Shown here: in pieces, positions 14,387 to 25,492 of the stretch
Layout: every line of letters starts with the position of its first letter
Numbering within the stretch: position 1 is the stretch's first letter
Origin: Prasinococcaceae sp. CCMP 1430
Lineage: Eukaryota; Plantae; Prasinodermophyta
Length of the DNA stretch: 64,000 nt
Assembly: GCA_013416795.1 (NCBI GenBank)
Contig: RQSC01000028.1
Location: 689,105-753,104 of the forward strand
Direction: 5' to 3'
Translations under genes and position numbers: made by a program
The notes under the pieces: model-generated
Databases searched by the model: none
Told to the model about the DNA's origin: nothing
Seen by the model: only the letters and a program-made list of their open reading frames with translations

Positions 14387-17300
14387 CTAGAGCTGCTGCG
14401 GGCGCGCCTGCAGCAGGTACACCACGTCGCCCACGATGGCCCCCTCGATGTCCTGCGGCCCGCCCATTTGGTCCTCGAGCGCGGTGGCGACGGCGGCGAG
14501 CCGCCCGCCGATCGCCTCGCCGAAGGGCGCGTCCCACAGCAGCCGCTCGTGCGCGTAGTCCGTGAAGGTGTGCACGACACCGTCCTCGGTGATGTGCGAG
14601 TCGTACAGCCCCGCGCCGGCGAAGTTCTCCAGGTCCTCGCCGTTCGAGTCCGAGCGGCAGATGAGCGCCCCCGGCGCGCCCGCCCGCATGGTCTCGAGCT
14701 TGGACGGCAGCGCGAGGAGCGACGCGCAAGCGCCCGGGGCCCCCGCGGCGAAGCGCAGCGCCCTGCCTGGGTGGTTGCCGACCAGCGTCTCGCCCAGCCC
14801 GACCACCACCTCGCCCATCGCGCTGCCGCGCGGCGCGTCCGCGCGCGTGGGGTCGCGCGAGTGCAGCACGAAGGCGTAGTCCGCCGGCACCACGTCCATG
14901 ATCAGCACGCCCATGCGCAGCTCCGACTCGGGCAGCCCGAGCGCCGCGCGCGAGGCGTGCGCGCGCTCGGTCCACTTGGACGCCCACACGCGTAGCACCT
15001 CCGGCCACCACGCCGGCTCGTCGCCCGCCTCGTCGCCCTGGGCGCGCGCGCCGACGCCCGCGGCGGCGGCCACTGAGGCCACCTCCTCGGCGAGGCCCGC
15101 CGGCATGGCGAGCGACTCGACGGCCTCGCGCGCGGCCTCGAGCGCGTCCAAGGTCGCCTCGCGGCTGGCGGCGGCCGCCGCGCCGCGCTCGAGGTCGACC
15201 AGCGCGTCGTTCAGCAACGCGGCGGCGAGCGCGTTCTCCGGCGCGGCGAGCGCGCGCTCGAAGGCGCCGAAGGGCAGCGCCACCGAGGGCGGCACGCGCA
15301 CGTCCATTCCGAGGGCCGCGCCCACCGCGCTTGCGACCTCCCCCAGCCGGGCGAGGTTGGCGCTCTTGCCGCCAACCACGCCACGGGCGTATTGTGGCGG
15401 TGCGATCGCCCACGCCGAGCTCTCCGTCACCGCGGACAGCGCCACCGCGGCCGTCGCGCCGGCCGTGGCCGCCGGCGACGGCGGTGCGAGCGCATCTTGG
15501 CCAGCCCGTTCCACTTGCCGCCGCCGCCTCGGCGGCAGCAGCCGCCGCCTCGGCCTCCGCTGCCGCCTTGGCCTCGGCCTCCGCCGCAGCCTTGGCGTCG
15601 GCCGCCGCCTTGGCCTCGGCCGCCGCCTTGGCCTCGGCCTCGGCCTCGACTGCGAGCGCCGCCTCGAGCTTCTCCACGAGGTCGGCCTTGAGCAGGTTCT
15701 TGCCGTTCTCGTCCTTGGTCTTGATGCCGCGCTTCACGAGCTCGGCGCGCAGCTCCATCACCAGCATCTTCGCAGGGGGGACGCCGCTGCTCGGAAGGAA
15801 GGTGGGGCGGGCGTCAGCCGCCTCTGGTGCAGGGGTGGCTGCCTCGACCGATGCCTCGCTGGCGGCGGTCGGCGGCGAATCAAATGCCGCGGCCGCCGCC
15901 GGAGTCGGCGGCGCCGCAGCCGGCGGCGCCGCAGCCGGCGGCGCCGCCGGAGCCGGCGCTGGCGGCGCCGCGCTCGTCACGGGCGCTTGCTTCACGACCT
16001 TGGCCTTTTCGATGGAGATGAGCCCGGCCTCCGCGTCGACGCTCGCGAGGACGCAGTCCTCGCCCGTGAGGCTGCTGACGTCGGCCAGGAACTCCGCCCA
16101 CTGGGTGGTGTCCGAGCACGTCGCCAGGAGCGCGCCCGACTGCCGCGCGCGCAGCGCCACGTGGCTGAGCAGGTCGACCTCCGAGCGCGAAAGCACCGCA
16201 ACAACGCCGGGCGGGATGTCCTCGAGGCCGTCCAGCCCGCCGGAGACGAGCACCACCCCCCCGGCATAGCCGGCCAGCGTCGCGACCGCCGCCGCCCCTG
16301 CCGCGCCCTGCAGCTCGGAGAGCTCGTTCACCGCGAGCGCGCCGCGCGCGGTGCCGGCGCCGCTGCGGCCGGCGCTCACGAGCGTCCACGGGCCCACGCC
16401 CATCGCTTGGCGCACCGTGCCCTGCAGCGCCTGCACGAGGCGCGAGCACACGAAGAGCGGGTGGCCGCGCACGGTCTCCTCGCCGAAGTTGGTAAGGTAC
16501 GCGGGGTCGGCGCGCCCCGCGCCGCCGATGAGCTCCGCGGGGGCCTGCACCGCCGCAGCGAGCTCATCCATCTCGCTCTCGAGCGCCAGCGCCACGAACT
16601 GCAGCGCGGCCGACGCCACGCGCAGCCAGCTCGCGTCGCCCCAGCGCCCCTCGCCGCCCTCGGCGTTCACGCGCGACCACAGCGCCGCGGCCTTGCGCAG
16701 GGCGGGCCCGCTGGACGCGATGGCGCCGTTCTCCAGCGCGAGGTACAGCGTCGTGGAGACCTCGTTGGCGTCCATCGCGCCGATGTGCATCGCCTCGACG
16801 TGCCCGCGGAAGTGCTGCTCGAGCGCGATGTCGAGCTGGAGCGCGTCGCGCGCGCGGTAGCCGTCCTCGGTGCCGCGCCAGCAGTGCTGCAGCCGCTGCC
16901 GGATCTCGAGGATCTTGCTGGGCACCCACCACTCGTTGCGGTTGTTGCGCAGGTCCTGCACGTCCCACGCGAGGCCGGCGTCTTCGTCCATCGTCCAGCC
17001 CGCGTTGTCCGCCGCCGCGTCGAGCGACGCGCCCGAGTGCGTCGTCTTCAGCACGCCCAGGAACCACTCCATGGCGGGGATGAGGTGGGGCAGGTGCTCG
17101 GCGGGGCCGGAGATGCCGTCGTCGTTCTTCCAGCCCACCTTCATGGACTGCAGGTCCTCGCGCGTGAGGCCGGCGTGGTAGTAGATGTGGCCAAAGAAGT
17201 CGTCGTCCCAGTTGCCGCCGCGCAAAAAGTTGAGGTAGGCCTCGCAGATGGCGATGTCGTCCTTGGTGGTCGAGCTGTGCAGCTTCTGGTGCCACTGCTG

Positions 17301-17619
17301 CAAGAACCTGCACTCGATGCCGGGCCTGTGCCCCTCCTTGATGCCGTTGTCGCGCAGGATGTTGAGGATGCCGATGCGGATGTCGTCGCCGCCGCCGCCG
17401 CCGCGCGGCAGCACGGCGAGCGTCAGGCGCGCGAGGCGCTCCGACATCGCGCCCGAGCCCGGCGCCGCGCGCGTCGCCATCGCGCAGGCGAAGCACTCCG
17501 TCATGTGCACCATGTCCTTGGTCTGGTAGTTGTGGCCCTCGTACAGCGGCAGCGCGCGCGTCTCCGCGAGGCGCAGCTGCGCGAACATCGCGGCGGCGGC
17601 GCGCGCGTCCCCCGGCGGC
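14387..17619 (-). CDS. GWD: Alpha-glucan water dikinase-like protein (5' part in gap; apparent 1-nt frameshift near 15515; SAP-like insertion)
   Basis: QWHQKLHSSTTKDDIAICEAYL; phospho-His motif LSHVALRARQ; PPDK-type ATP domain VGGKSANL, VVVGLGETLV, RSDSNGEDLENFAGAGLYDS, QDIEG...LQARPQ. Confidence 0.92.
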
Positions 17620-19240
17620 GNNNNNNNNNNNNNNNNNNNNNNNNNNNNNNNNNNNNNNNNNNNNNNNNNNNNNNNNNNNNNNNNNNNNNNNNNNNNNNNN
17701 NNNNNNNNNNNNNNNNNNNNNNNNNNNNNNNNNNNNNNNNNNNNNNNNNNNNNNNNNNNNNNNNNNNNNNNNNNNNNNNNNNNNNNNNNNNNNNNNNNNN
17801 NNNNNNNNNNNNNNNNNNNNNNNNNNNNNNNNNNNNNNNNNNNNNNNNNNNNNNNNNNNNNNNNNNNNNNNNNNNNNNNNNNNNNNNNNNNNNNNNNNNN
17901 NNNNNNNNNNNNNNNNNNNNNNNNNNNNNNNNNNNNNNNNNNNNNNNNNNNNNNNNNNNNNNNNNNNNNNNNNNNNNNNNNNNNNNNNNNNNNNNNNNNN
18001 NNNNNNNNNNNNNNNNNNNNNNNNNNNNNNNNNNNNNNNNNNNNNNNNNNNNNNNNNNNNNNNNNNNNNNNNNNNNNNNNNNNNNNNNNNNNNNNNNNNN
18101 NNNNNNNNNNNNNNNNNNNNNNNNNNNNNNNNNNNNNNNNNNNNNNNNNNNNNNNNNNNNNNNNNNNNNNNNNNNNNNNNNNNNNNNNNNNNNNNNNNNN
18201 NNNNNNNNNNNNNNNNNNNNNNNNNNNNNNNNNNNNNNNNNNNNNNNNNNNNNNNNNNNNCGCCGAGCACACGCCCCGCGCGCACGCCCCGCCCACGCAC
18301 CCCCCACGCACCCCGCGCGCGCGCGCGCGCGCTTGGCCCTCGCCCGAAAGTTATCCAAATCCATCAACCACCACGCATTTTCATCTCCCGCGTTTTTTGG
18401 GGGGAAATGTTTTTTGTTTTTGTTTTGGGAAGCGCGTTTTCCGACCCGCGAGGCCGTTTCGAACGCGCATTCCACCGCTTTCGGAGGCCCGCCCCGCGCG
18501 TTTTCACCCCCCCTTTTTTTTTTTTGCGGGGCGCGCGCGCGCGCGGGTTTCGCGGGGCTTTGCGCCCCTTTTCGTTGCCCTTGCCAACCGGATTTTTACA
18601 ACCGGATTTTGCAGATGCGAGTTACTCTAAACCAAGATCACACCGAATCGACATTCGACGGCATTCTCGAAACGCATCCCCGCATTTATCTGTTTTCTTT
18701 TATCCTTTTATTTTTCTTTCTTTTTATTTTCCCGTTTCTCCCGGGTTTCGCTGCCCAGGCGCCGGTGGACACATCAAAATACACACGCAAAACGACGGAA
18801 GAACGCACGCCGGTGGCGTTTTTTTTGCGTGTGCGCGCGCGCGCGGCGCCGCCAGCGCGGTGGCAGTGCGCCGTGCGCCACACGTCGCGCGAGCGGGGGG
18901 GGGCGCGCGCGTTATTGTGCGCGCGCGTGCGTGCGTGTGTGTGTGTGCGTGTGTGTGTGCGTGTGCGTGTGTGGGCGCCTCCGTTCGCGCGCCTGCGTGC
19001 GGCGCTGAGGTGCCAGTGCGCACTCGCCGGCGGCCGCGTTCCGCGCGCGCGACACTCGGACTCGCCGCGCGGGGCGGAGGCGCGCGCGCGCCCGCCCGTC
19101 CGAGCGGCGCGCGTCTGCGACCGGGGCCGCCCCGGCCCGCGCGTAGCGCCCCGTCCAGTCGCGCTCGGCAAGGCGTCGCCGCCGAGACGGACGACAGCCC
19201 GGCCGCCGCCGGCCGCCGCCCCGACCGCCGTCAATCCGTC

Positions 19241-20572
19241 ATGTCGGGGGCTTCGGGCCGCCTGGCCGCGTCGGTGCGCGGCCTGCTGGAGGACTTCCGC
19301 GACGACGCGGCGACCAAGCTCAAGGTGCTGCTGTGGGCGGTCTTCGGGGTGACCGGCCTGGTGCTGGCGCTGGTGCTCATCGGGCAGGACTCCGCCCCGC
19401 CCTTCTTCGCGTTCCAAGCGGACCTGAGGGTGCTCGAGAAGTTCCACGAGGAGGGCATGACGGCGATGGTGGCCACGGTGTGCCCCGTGCCGCTGCGCTG
19501 CCCCGAGTGGTGCAACACGCGCAACCACACCTGCCAGTGCCAGGCGGGCCAGGAGGTCGAGTGGGGCTTCCTGCGCAGCGCGGGCATCGTCGGCGCGAAC
19601 TGCACGTACGTGAACAAGAAGGGCGAGCACGTGCCGTTCCAGCCAGAGGACGTGCGGGAGCCCGCGCTCGTGCCGATCGAGTACCACGACGGCCGCCGCA
19701 AGGACCACGACCACTGCCTGCAGCTCAACTGGCGGCAGCAGTGGAAGGAGCGCGGCTGGGACGCGTACATCACGTGCAACCTGCACTCGCAGCTCAGGAT
19801 CTCGTCGTGGGACACCGCGCCCGTCGCGGGGCTCATGGAGCCCTACGAGGGCGCGGCGCACGACGCCATCGTCGCCGTGCAGTTCCACGCCAACCCGGAG
19901 GTCTTCCCGCCCAAGAAGGACATGGAGCGCTTCTACGACAGGCGCACCGGCGTGCGGATGTACTCCAACGCCTGGACGTACACCGCCCCGTTCACGTACG
20001 CCGAGTACCAGCTGCAGCCCGTCATCTTCCGCGCCAAGGAGTTCTCGTCGTGGAACACCAAGGTCACCGTCCACAACCAGGTGCACCTGCCCGTGAGCGG
20101 GCGGCACGACAACAGCGCCAACGGGCGCATCCCCATCGCGGCGATCGAGTGGTACTACCTGCGCGCCGAGCTGGGAACCGAGTGGCTCACCGAGATCGAC
20201 GAGGGCGACACCGGCGCGAGGCACGCGCTGGGCGTCGCCGGCGGCCTGGCCTTTCTGTTTTCGCTGCTCAACATGGCCGTGTTCTGCGTGGCCACCACGT
20301 CGCTGGGGTGGCGCACCGACGCCGTGCAGCGCCGCATGGCGGCGGTGGGCGGCGACAACGACGCGATGCCCTACCGCGCCCCGGGGGCGGGCGGGGCGGG
20401 CGCGTACGCCAGCCCGTACACGAGCGTCGCGGCTGCCTCTGGCGGCAGCGGCGGCGACGGCCGCCCCATCAACACCTTCGGCGACGGCACGGGCGCCCCG
20501 TCGCAGCCGGCGGGCCCGACCACGGTGCCCAGCGCGCTCAAGGGCGCGTACGGGTCGATAGGCGACGCATGA
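19241..20572 (+). CDS. Uncharacterised two-TM protein with large Cys-containing loop (DEG/ENaC/PAC-like topology)
   Basis: Single-exon GC3-rich ORF of about 443 aa; TM1 near the N-terminus, TM2 ALGVAGGLAFLFSLLNMAVFCV near the C-terminus. Confidence 0.8.
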   Translation: MSGASGRLAASVRGLLEDFRDDAATKLKVLLWAVFGVTGLVLALVLIGQDSAPPFFAFQADLRVLEKFHEEGMTAMVATVCPVPLRCPEWCNTRNHTCQCQAGQEVEWGFLRSAGIVGANCTYVNKKGEHVPFQPEDVREPALVPIEYHDGRRKDHDHCLQLNWRQQWKERGWDAYITCNLHSQLRISSWDTAPVAGLMEPYEGAAHDAIVAVQFHANPEVFPPKKDMERFYDRRTGVRMYSNAWTYTAPFTYAEYQLQPVIFRAKEFSSWNTKVTVHNQVHLPVSGRHDNSANGRIPIAAIEWYYLRAELGTEWLTEIDEGDTGARHALGVAGGLAFLFSLLNMAVFCVATTSLGWRTDAVQRRMAAVGGDNDAMPYRAPGAGGAGAYASPYTSVAAASGGSGGDGRPINTFGDGTGAPSQPAGPTTVPSALKGAYGSIGDA

Positions 20573-20736
20573 TGGCAATCATGGCGGGCCGCGAGGATGA
20601 GCACATGAGTGTGCGCAGTGAATGCGCGCCGGTGCGGTGTTGCGCACGCGCCACGTCGATCGGGGTACGCCGTGCGCACGAAGTCTCTGAACGACTGTTA
20701 CAGCAAGTGTTCATAAGTTTGAAAAGTGTGGCACAC

Positions 20737-21006
20737 TTGTGTATCGCATGGATTCTCTGGCTTTGTGCCAGGCGTGCTGGTGCTCCACCCTTGTGTATCG
20801 CACGGACTCTCTGGCTTTGTGCCAGGCGTGCTGGTGCTCCACCCTTGTGTATCGCACGGACTCTCTGGCTCTGTGGCAGGCGTGCTGGTGCTCCACCCTT
20901 GTGTATCGCACGGACTCTCTGGCTCTGTGGCAGGCGTGCTGGTGCTCCACCCTTGTGTATCGCACGGACTCTCTGGCTTTGTGCCAGGCGTGCTGGTGCC
21001 GCACCA
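20737..21006. repeat. 54-bp minisatellite, 5 copies
   Basis: TTGTGTATCGCACGGACTCTCTGGCT(T/C)TGTG(C/G)CAGGCGTGCTGGTGCTCCACCC starting at 20737, 20791, 20845, 20899, 20953. Confidence 0.97.
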
Positions 21007-21340
21007 GCAGCTCTTGCTTACATCTTGGGGCTGTCGACGCGCGGCTCTGTCTGTGGGTGGCTTCGGCGTGGTGGGGGGCAGGGGAGTCGAAGACCTCGAC
21101 CGCGGCATGGAACAAACCCTCTTTTCGACTCCACATGAGATAATGTGCCACTTTCATAGCATTTCCGCACGGGTAAACCTTAAACATTGCGGACCCTAAC
21201 TTTGCCCGCCCCGGCGCCAGCGTGGCGGCGGCTGCGGGCGGCAGACGGCGGCGCGGCGGCGGAGGGGGCGGCGGCTGCGGCGCCATTGGCGTTATCGACG
21301 CGCTGCTCGGCTCCGGTGGACGCTTGCCGTAGAAGTTGGT

Positions 21341-22429
21341 CAGCACGTTCTTGCCCTGCACGTCCTCGCAGCGAAGGCGATCAGCGAGGCCTGGGACGCG
21401 GGAGGCGCAGCCGTCGACGGCGACGAGGACTCAAACACGCGCGCGGACGGCGCGCAAGCCGGCGTCGACGCCGACGTCGTCGACGCCGAGGTCGTCGCCG
21501 CCGCCGCTGCGGGCGCTGACGCTGCCTTCGCTGGCGCAGCGGGCGAGGATGGCGACGCCACGGCGTATGTGGTGGACGCCTGCGGCGCGAGCGACGTCGA
21601 CAGCGAGGGCTTCCTCATCGAGGCGCGCGACGACGCCGTCGGCTTCGGCGGCGTTGCCCCCGCAACGCCGCTCATGAACCTCCACCACGACCACAACGCC
21701 AACGCCGCGCGAGTGGGCACGCTCATGGTGTACCTGGGCGGCGGAGTGGAGGGCGGCGAGACGATGTGGCCGTGTGCGGCGCCGCCAGGCGCGGGGGCAG
21801 AGGCGGGCGTCGGGATCGACACGGCGGAGGTGGACGAGTGCGCGGCGGCGCTGGACGCGCTGCACGCCGCCGGCGCGCGGCACGCGCGATGGACGACAAG
21901 GCGGAGTATCTGACGGAGGAAGAGGTAGGCCGCGCGAAGCGCGCGACGCGCGCGGTCGGCGGGGTGCAGCGGGCGCACTAGGTCGCGCGCCAGCTCAGCA
22001 TCGCCAAGTTCGACCGACGTCAGGACAGCGCGGACAAAGGCTGGCCGCAGCCGGTCATCCTCGTCCAGCATGTCGGCGGCTTCGATAGCCGGCTCGTTGC
22101 CGATCAGCGGTTCGGATGACATCGCCGCAGGTGGGGCATTTCGGTCAAATTCGGACATCGGCCTAGCGGACGCGTGCGTCGCGCGCTACTACGACCTGCG
22201 GCACGGCGCGGACGGGGACGCCGAAGCGGAGGCGTGCGAGCGCGACGGCGTGTGGCTGGCGAGCGGGGGCGACGGCATCGTGCATGGCGCGCTGGTGGCG
22301 CCGCGTGAGGGGCGCGCCGTTTGGTTCGAGCACGGCGGCGGCGCCGCAGCGTGGCACGCGCCCTGCGCGCCCACTGGCGGCGAGCCCAAGTACACGCTCA
22401 CCGTCTTCAAGGCGCCCCGGCGGGCGTAG
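21341..22429 (+). CDS. Prolyl-4-hydroxylase-like 2OG-Fe(II) oxygenase (start uncertain; interrupted at about 21890-22165)
   Basis: HxD in LHHDHN, TLMVYLGGGVEGGETMWP, APREGRAVWF, distal His WHAPC, KYTLTVFK. Confidence 0.7.
21955..22158 (-). pseudogene. mgtE: 5' fragment of a bacterial (sphingomonad-like alphaproteobacterial) MgtE magnesium transporter
   Basis: MSEFD...MLDEDDRLRPAFVRAVLTSVELGDAELARDLVRPLHPAD, ending abruptly after the HPAD motif. Confidence 0.75.
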
Positions 22430-22591
22430 TCGGCACACACAGACACACACGCGCACGAAAACACACACGGCACGCACGCACACACCGCGTGCACTCGCAC
22501 GCGCGCGCGCGCGCGCGCGCGCCATGGGCGCGCGCGGACAAGTTAATAAGGTATTGTACACTCACGCTGTCGCCTGGCTGCGCGGCCTCAA

Positions 22592-22719
22592 TCATGGCCG
22601 CCCGCTCGCGCCCAGCACCGCGTTGAGCGTCGCGGCGTCCGTGGACGCGTTGCGCTTGTGCCCCGCGTGGTGCGGGCGGGCCTCCTGCGGCTGCTGCTGC
22701 TGCTGGCGCTGCAGCAGCA

Positions 22720-22765
<46 letters not shown>

Positions 22766-24610
22766 GCCCTTCTCCGCCTCGCGCAGCTCCTTGAGCAGCA
22801 CTGGCACGATGTCCTCGAAGCCAGGCCTCAGCTGCGGGTCGTCGCTGAAGCACGCGTGGATGAGCTCGACGAGCTGCGGCGGCACGACGTCAACCTCTTT
22901 GCCGGATCGGAAGGGGTCGGCCGCGTCCATGCGCAGCGTCGCGACGGTGGCGGCGCTGCCGCGGATCGCCAGCTGCGTGATCACCTGCAGGGTGCCCAGC
23001 CCGGCGTGCTGCCAGGGGACTCGACGCGTGAGGATCTCCCACAGCAGCGTGCCGAAGCTGTACACGTCCACCTTCTCCGAGTAGAGGACCTGCTGCGCGC
23101 CGCCGTCCGACGAGCCGGGCATCCCGCTGCCGATGCGCAGTATCTCCGGCGCCGTGTACTCCGCGGTGCCCGTGCCCTTGGTGGTGACGAGCGGCGCCGC
23201 CGACCCGCCCTCCGTCGAGAGCGCCATCTGACGGCTGAGGCCGAAGTCGCAGATCTTCGCGTTGCCGCGCCGGTCGATCAGGACGTTGTTCGACGACAGG
23301 TCGCGGTGCACGAGCGGCTGCGGCAGCGAGTGCAGGTACAGCATGCCCTGCGCGACCTGGACCGCCAGCCCGAGCCTTGCGCTGCGAGGCAGCGGGCGCT
23401 TCGTCTTGTGCAGAAGCGAGAAGAGCGAGCCGCCGGACATGAACTCGGTGACGATGAAGGCCGAGCCAGGCCGCGTGCACGCGGCGAGCCAGAGGACTAT
23501 GTTCGGGTGCCGGAGCTGCGCGAGGATCTCCAGCTCGGCGCGCATCTCAGCCAGCGCGTCGTCCCCGAGCGACTGATCGAGCAGGCGCTTCACAGCCACG
23601 GTCGTGCCGCGCCACTTGGCCTTGAAGACCTCGCCGTACGAGCCGATGCCCAGGCGCACCGGCGGCGTGCCGAACGACACCTCGTCGGGGCTGATTTCGA
23701 AGGGCGCCGACAAGCTGGACGGCGCGCTCACGCCCGCGCCGTCCGCACCCGCCAGCCCCGACGAGACGGACCCGTCGTCGCCCACGCCCGGCCCTCCGGC
23801 GTGCGGCGACGTTCTCATGCTGTCGGGCGTGTCCGGCTGCACCTCGCTCTCCGTGTCAGTGCCGACGCTGACGTTGGACACCGAGCGCCCGCCGGCGCCT
23901 CCGCGCGCGCGCTGCGTGGCGCGGCGGTAGTGCCGCAGCGCCTCCATTTCGTTCACGCCGTGCGGGCGCGGCTCGCGGCGCAGCTCGCCCGTCTGGAGCG
24001 GCGTGGCGACCGCGCTGCCTCCCGCCGCGGACGGCGCTCCGCCAAACGCCGACGGCGACAGCGACTGGCACGCTCGCTGAAAGTCGTACGAGTTCATGCC
24101 GCCCACGCAGGTGTGGCCTTCGAAGCTGAGCACCGTCACCCCTCGCGCAGTCACGGTGGGCTCCACCCCATTCCCGCCCTCGGAGCTCCCCTCGGCGGCC
24201 GCGTCGGCATCCATGTCGGAGCCCGAGCTCATGCGGACGTCCGAGCCCTGCGCGGCGGGGCCGTCCCACGGCCGGCCCTTGAGCGTCCACGACACGCGCG
24301 TCGTCGGCGCGTCCTGGTGGCCCGGGAGCTCTCCGGTGCGATCGTGCCGCACGTCCTCCACGTGGATTTCGAAGCCGGGCGCCCAGAAGGTGCGCACGCG
24401 CAAGCGGTGCTGCAGGTAGCCCCTGGGGCCGCGGAAGATCTTGCCTTGCAGCAGGAAGCGCGCGGTGGGCGAGATGAGCCTGTTCGCGACGGCCTCCGCG
24501 GCGGCGTCGGGGAGCTTGTCGAGGCAGCCGATCAGCTGCAGCGCGAGCGCGCCCTGCTGCTCCGCGAGCTCCTCCGGCGTCGGCCAGGCGTCGTTCCGCG
24601 CGACCACCAC
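22592..24610 (-). CDS. Raf-like (TKL/MAPKKK) protein kinase with N-terminal SnoaL/NTF2-like region and C-terminal polyQ
   Basis: LGIGSYGEVFKAKWRGTTVAVK, HPNIV, HRDLSSNN, DFGLS, GTAEYTAPE, DVYSFG, RPGF. Confidence 0.95.
22721..22762 (-). repeat. (CAG)14 coding repeat (polyQ in the kinase tail)
   Basis: Uninterrupted CTG run on the + strand. Confidence 0.9.
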
Positions 24611-24692
24611 CCAGGACCCGCCGCCGCCCTCGCCGCCGAGCGGCGACGACTTGGCGGGGTCGGCGCCCGCGGCGGCCGCCGCGGCCTCGCCT

Positions 24693-24735
<43 letters not shown>

Positions 24736-24813
24736 CTGCACGCCCTGTGGCGCACGCCTCTGCCAGCGGGCGAAGAACCGCGCCAACGACACGCGCGCAA
24801 AAAAAAAAGGCAG

Positions 24814-25492
24814 GTCAAATCGCACGCGAATTCGATTCCCACGTGCAAAACCCAAACCAAAACGTCACGTCAAATTGCACGCGAATGCACCCCCGCAAAA
24901 CCCAACCAAAAAGTGACGTCAAATCGCAGGCGAATTCACACCCCAGCAGAAAAAAAAAGACACCAGAGCGTCGACCTCGCTGAAAACAGGGTCTGCATCC
25001 ATCTCCGAAGCCACGTCAATACGCACGCGTGCCAGCGGGCGCGCGCCCGTCGGACGCCGCGCGTCCCGAGGTTGCGGTTCGCGACCCCGCGGCGCGTTCG
25101 AAACCACGCGATCTGACGAGCCTCCCCCGCCGCTCCCCCCCCTCCAAAAAATGGCGGGGTTTAGGGTACGCGCGGCGATTGGCCGATGCGCGTCACAGGT
25201 ACGCGCAGCGCGGTACATACGTATGCACGCAGACACATTTTTTTTGTTTTTTTGTTGTTTTGTTTTGTTTTTGTTTTTGTTATTTTATTTTTATTTTTAT
25301 TTATTCGTGACTGACTTTTGTATGTGGGGGACGCCTTCGCGTGCGATGTGACGCGAAGTTTTGGTTGTGTGTGTGTGTGTGTGTGTTAAAAAAAATTGGT
25401 GACGCGAATTCGCGTGCGATTTGACGCGAAGATTTTGTTGTGTGTGTGTTTTTCATAAAAAATTGGTGACGCGAATTCGCGTGCGATTTGAC
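24814..25492. promoter_or_regulatory. Bidirectional promoter region with 3+3 inverted copies of a 20-bp motif
   Basis: GTCAAATCGCACGCGAATTC-like copies at 24814, 24869, 24918; reverse-complement copies at 25333, 25406, 25473; lies between divergent kinase and ORMDL genes. Confidence 0.7.

Noticed and set aside
15496-15514. 19-nt micro-intron restoring the GWD frame
   Set aside because: Weak GTGGAA donor and all other introns exceed 100 nt; an indel error is simpler
20737-21006. CRISPR array
   Set aside because: Units are contiguous with no unique spacers; eukaryotic context; no cas genes
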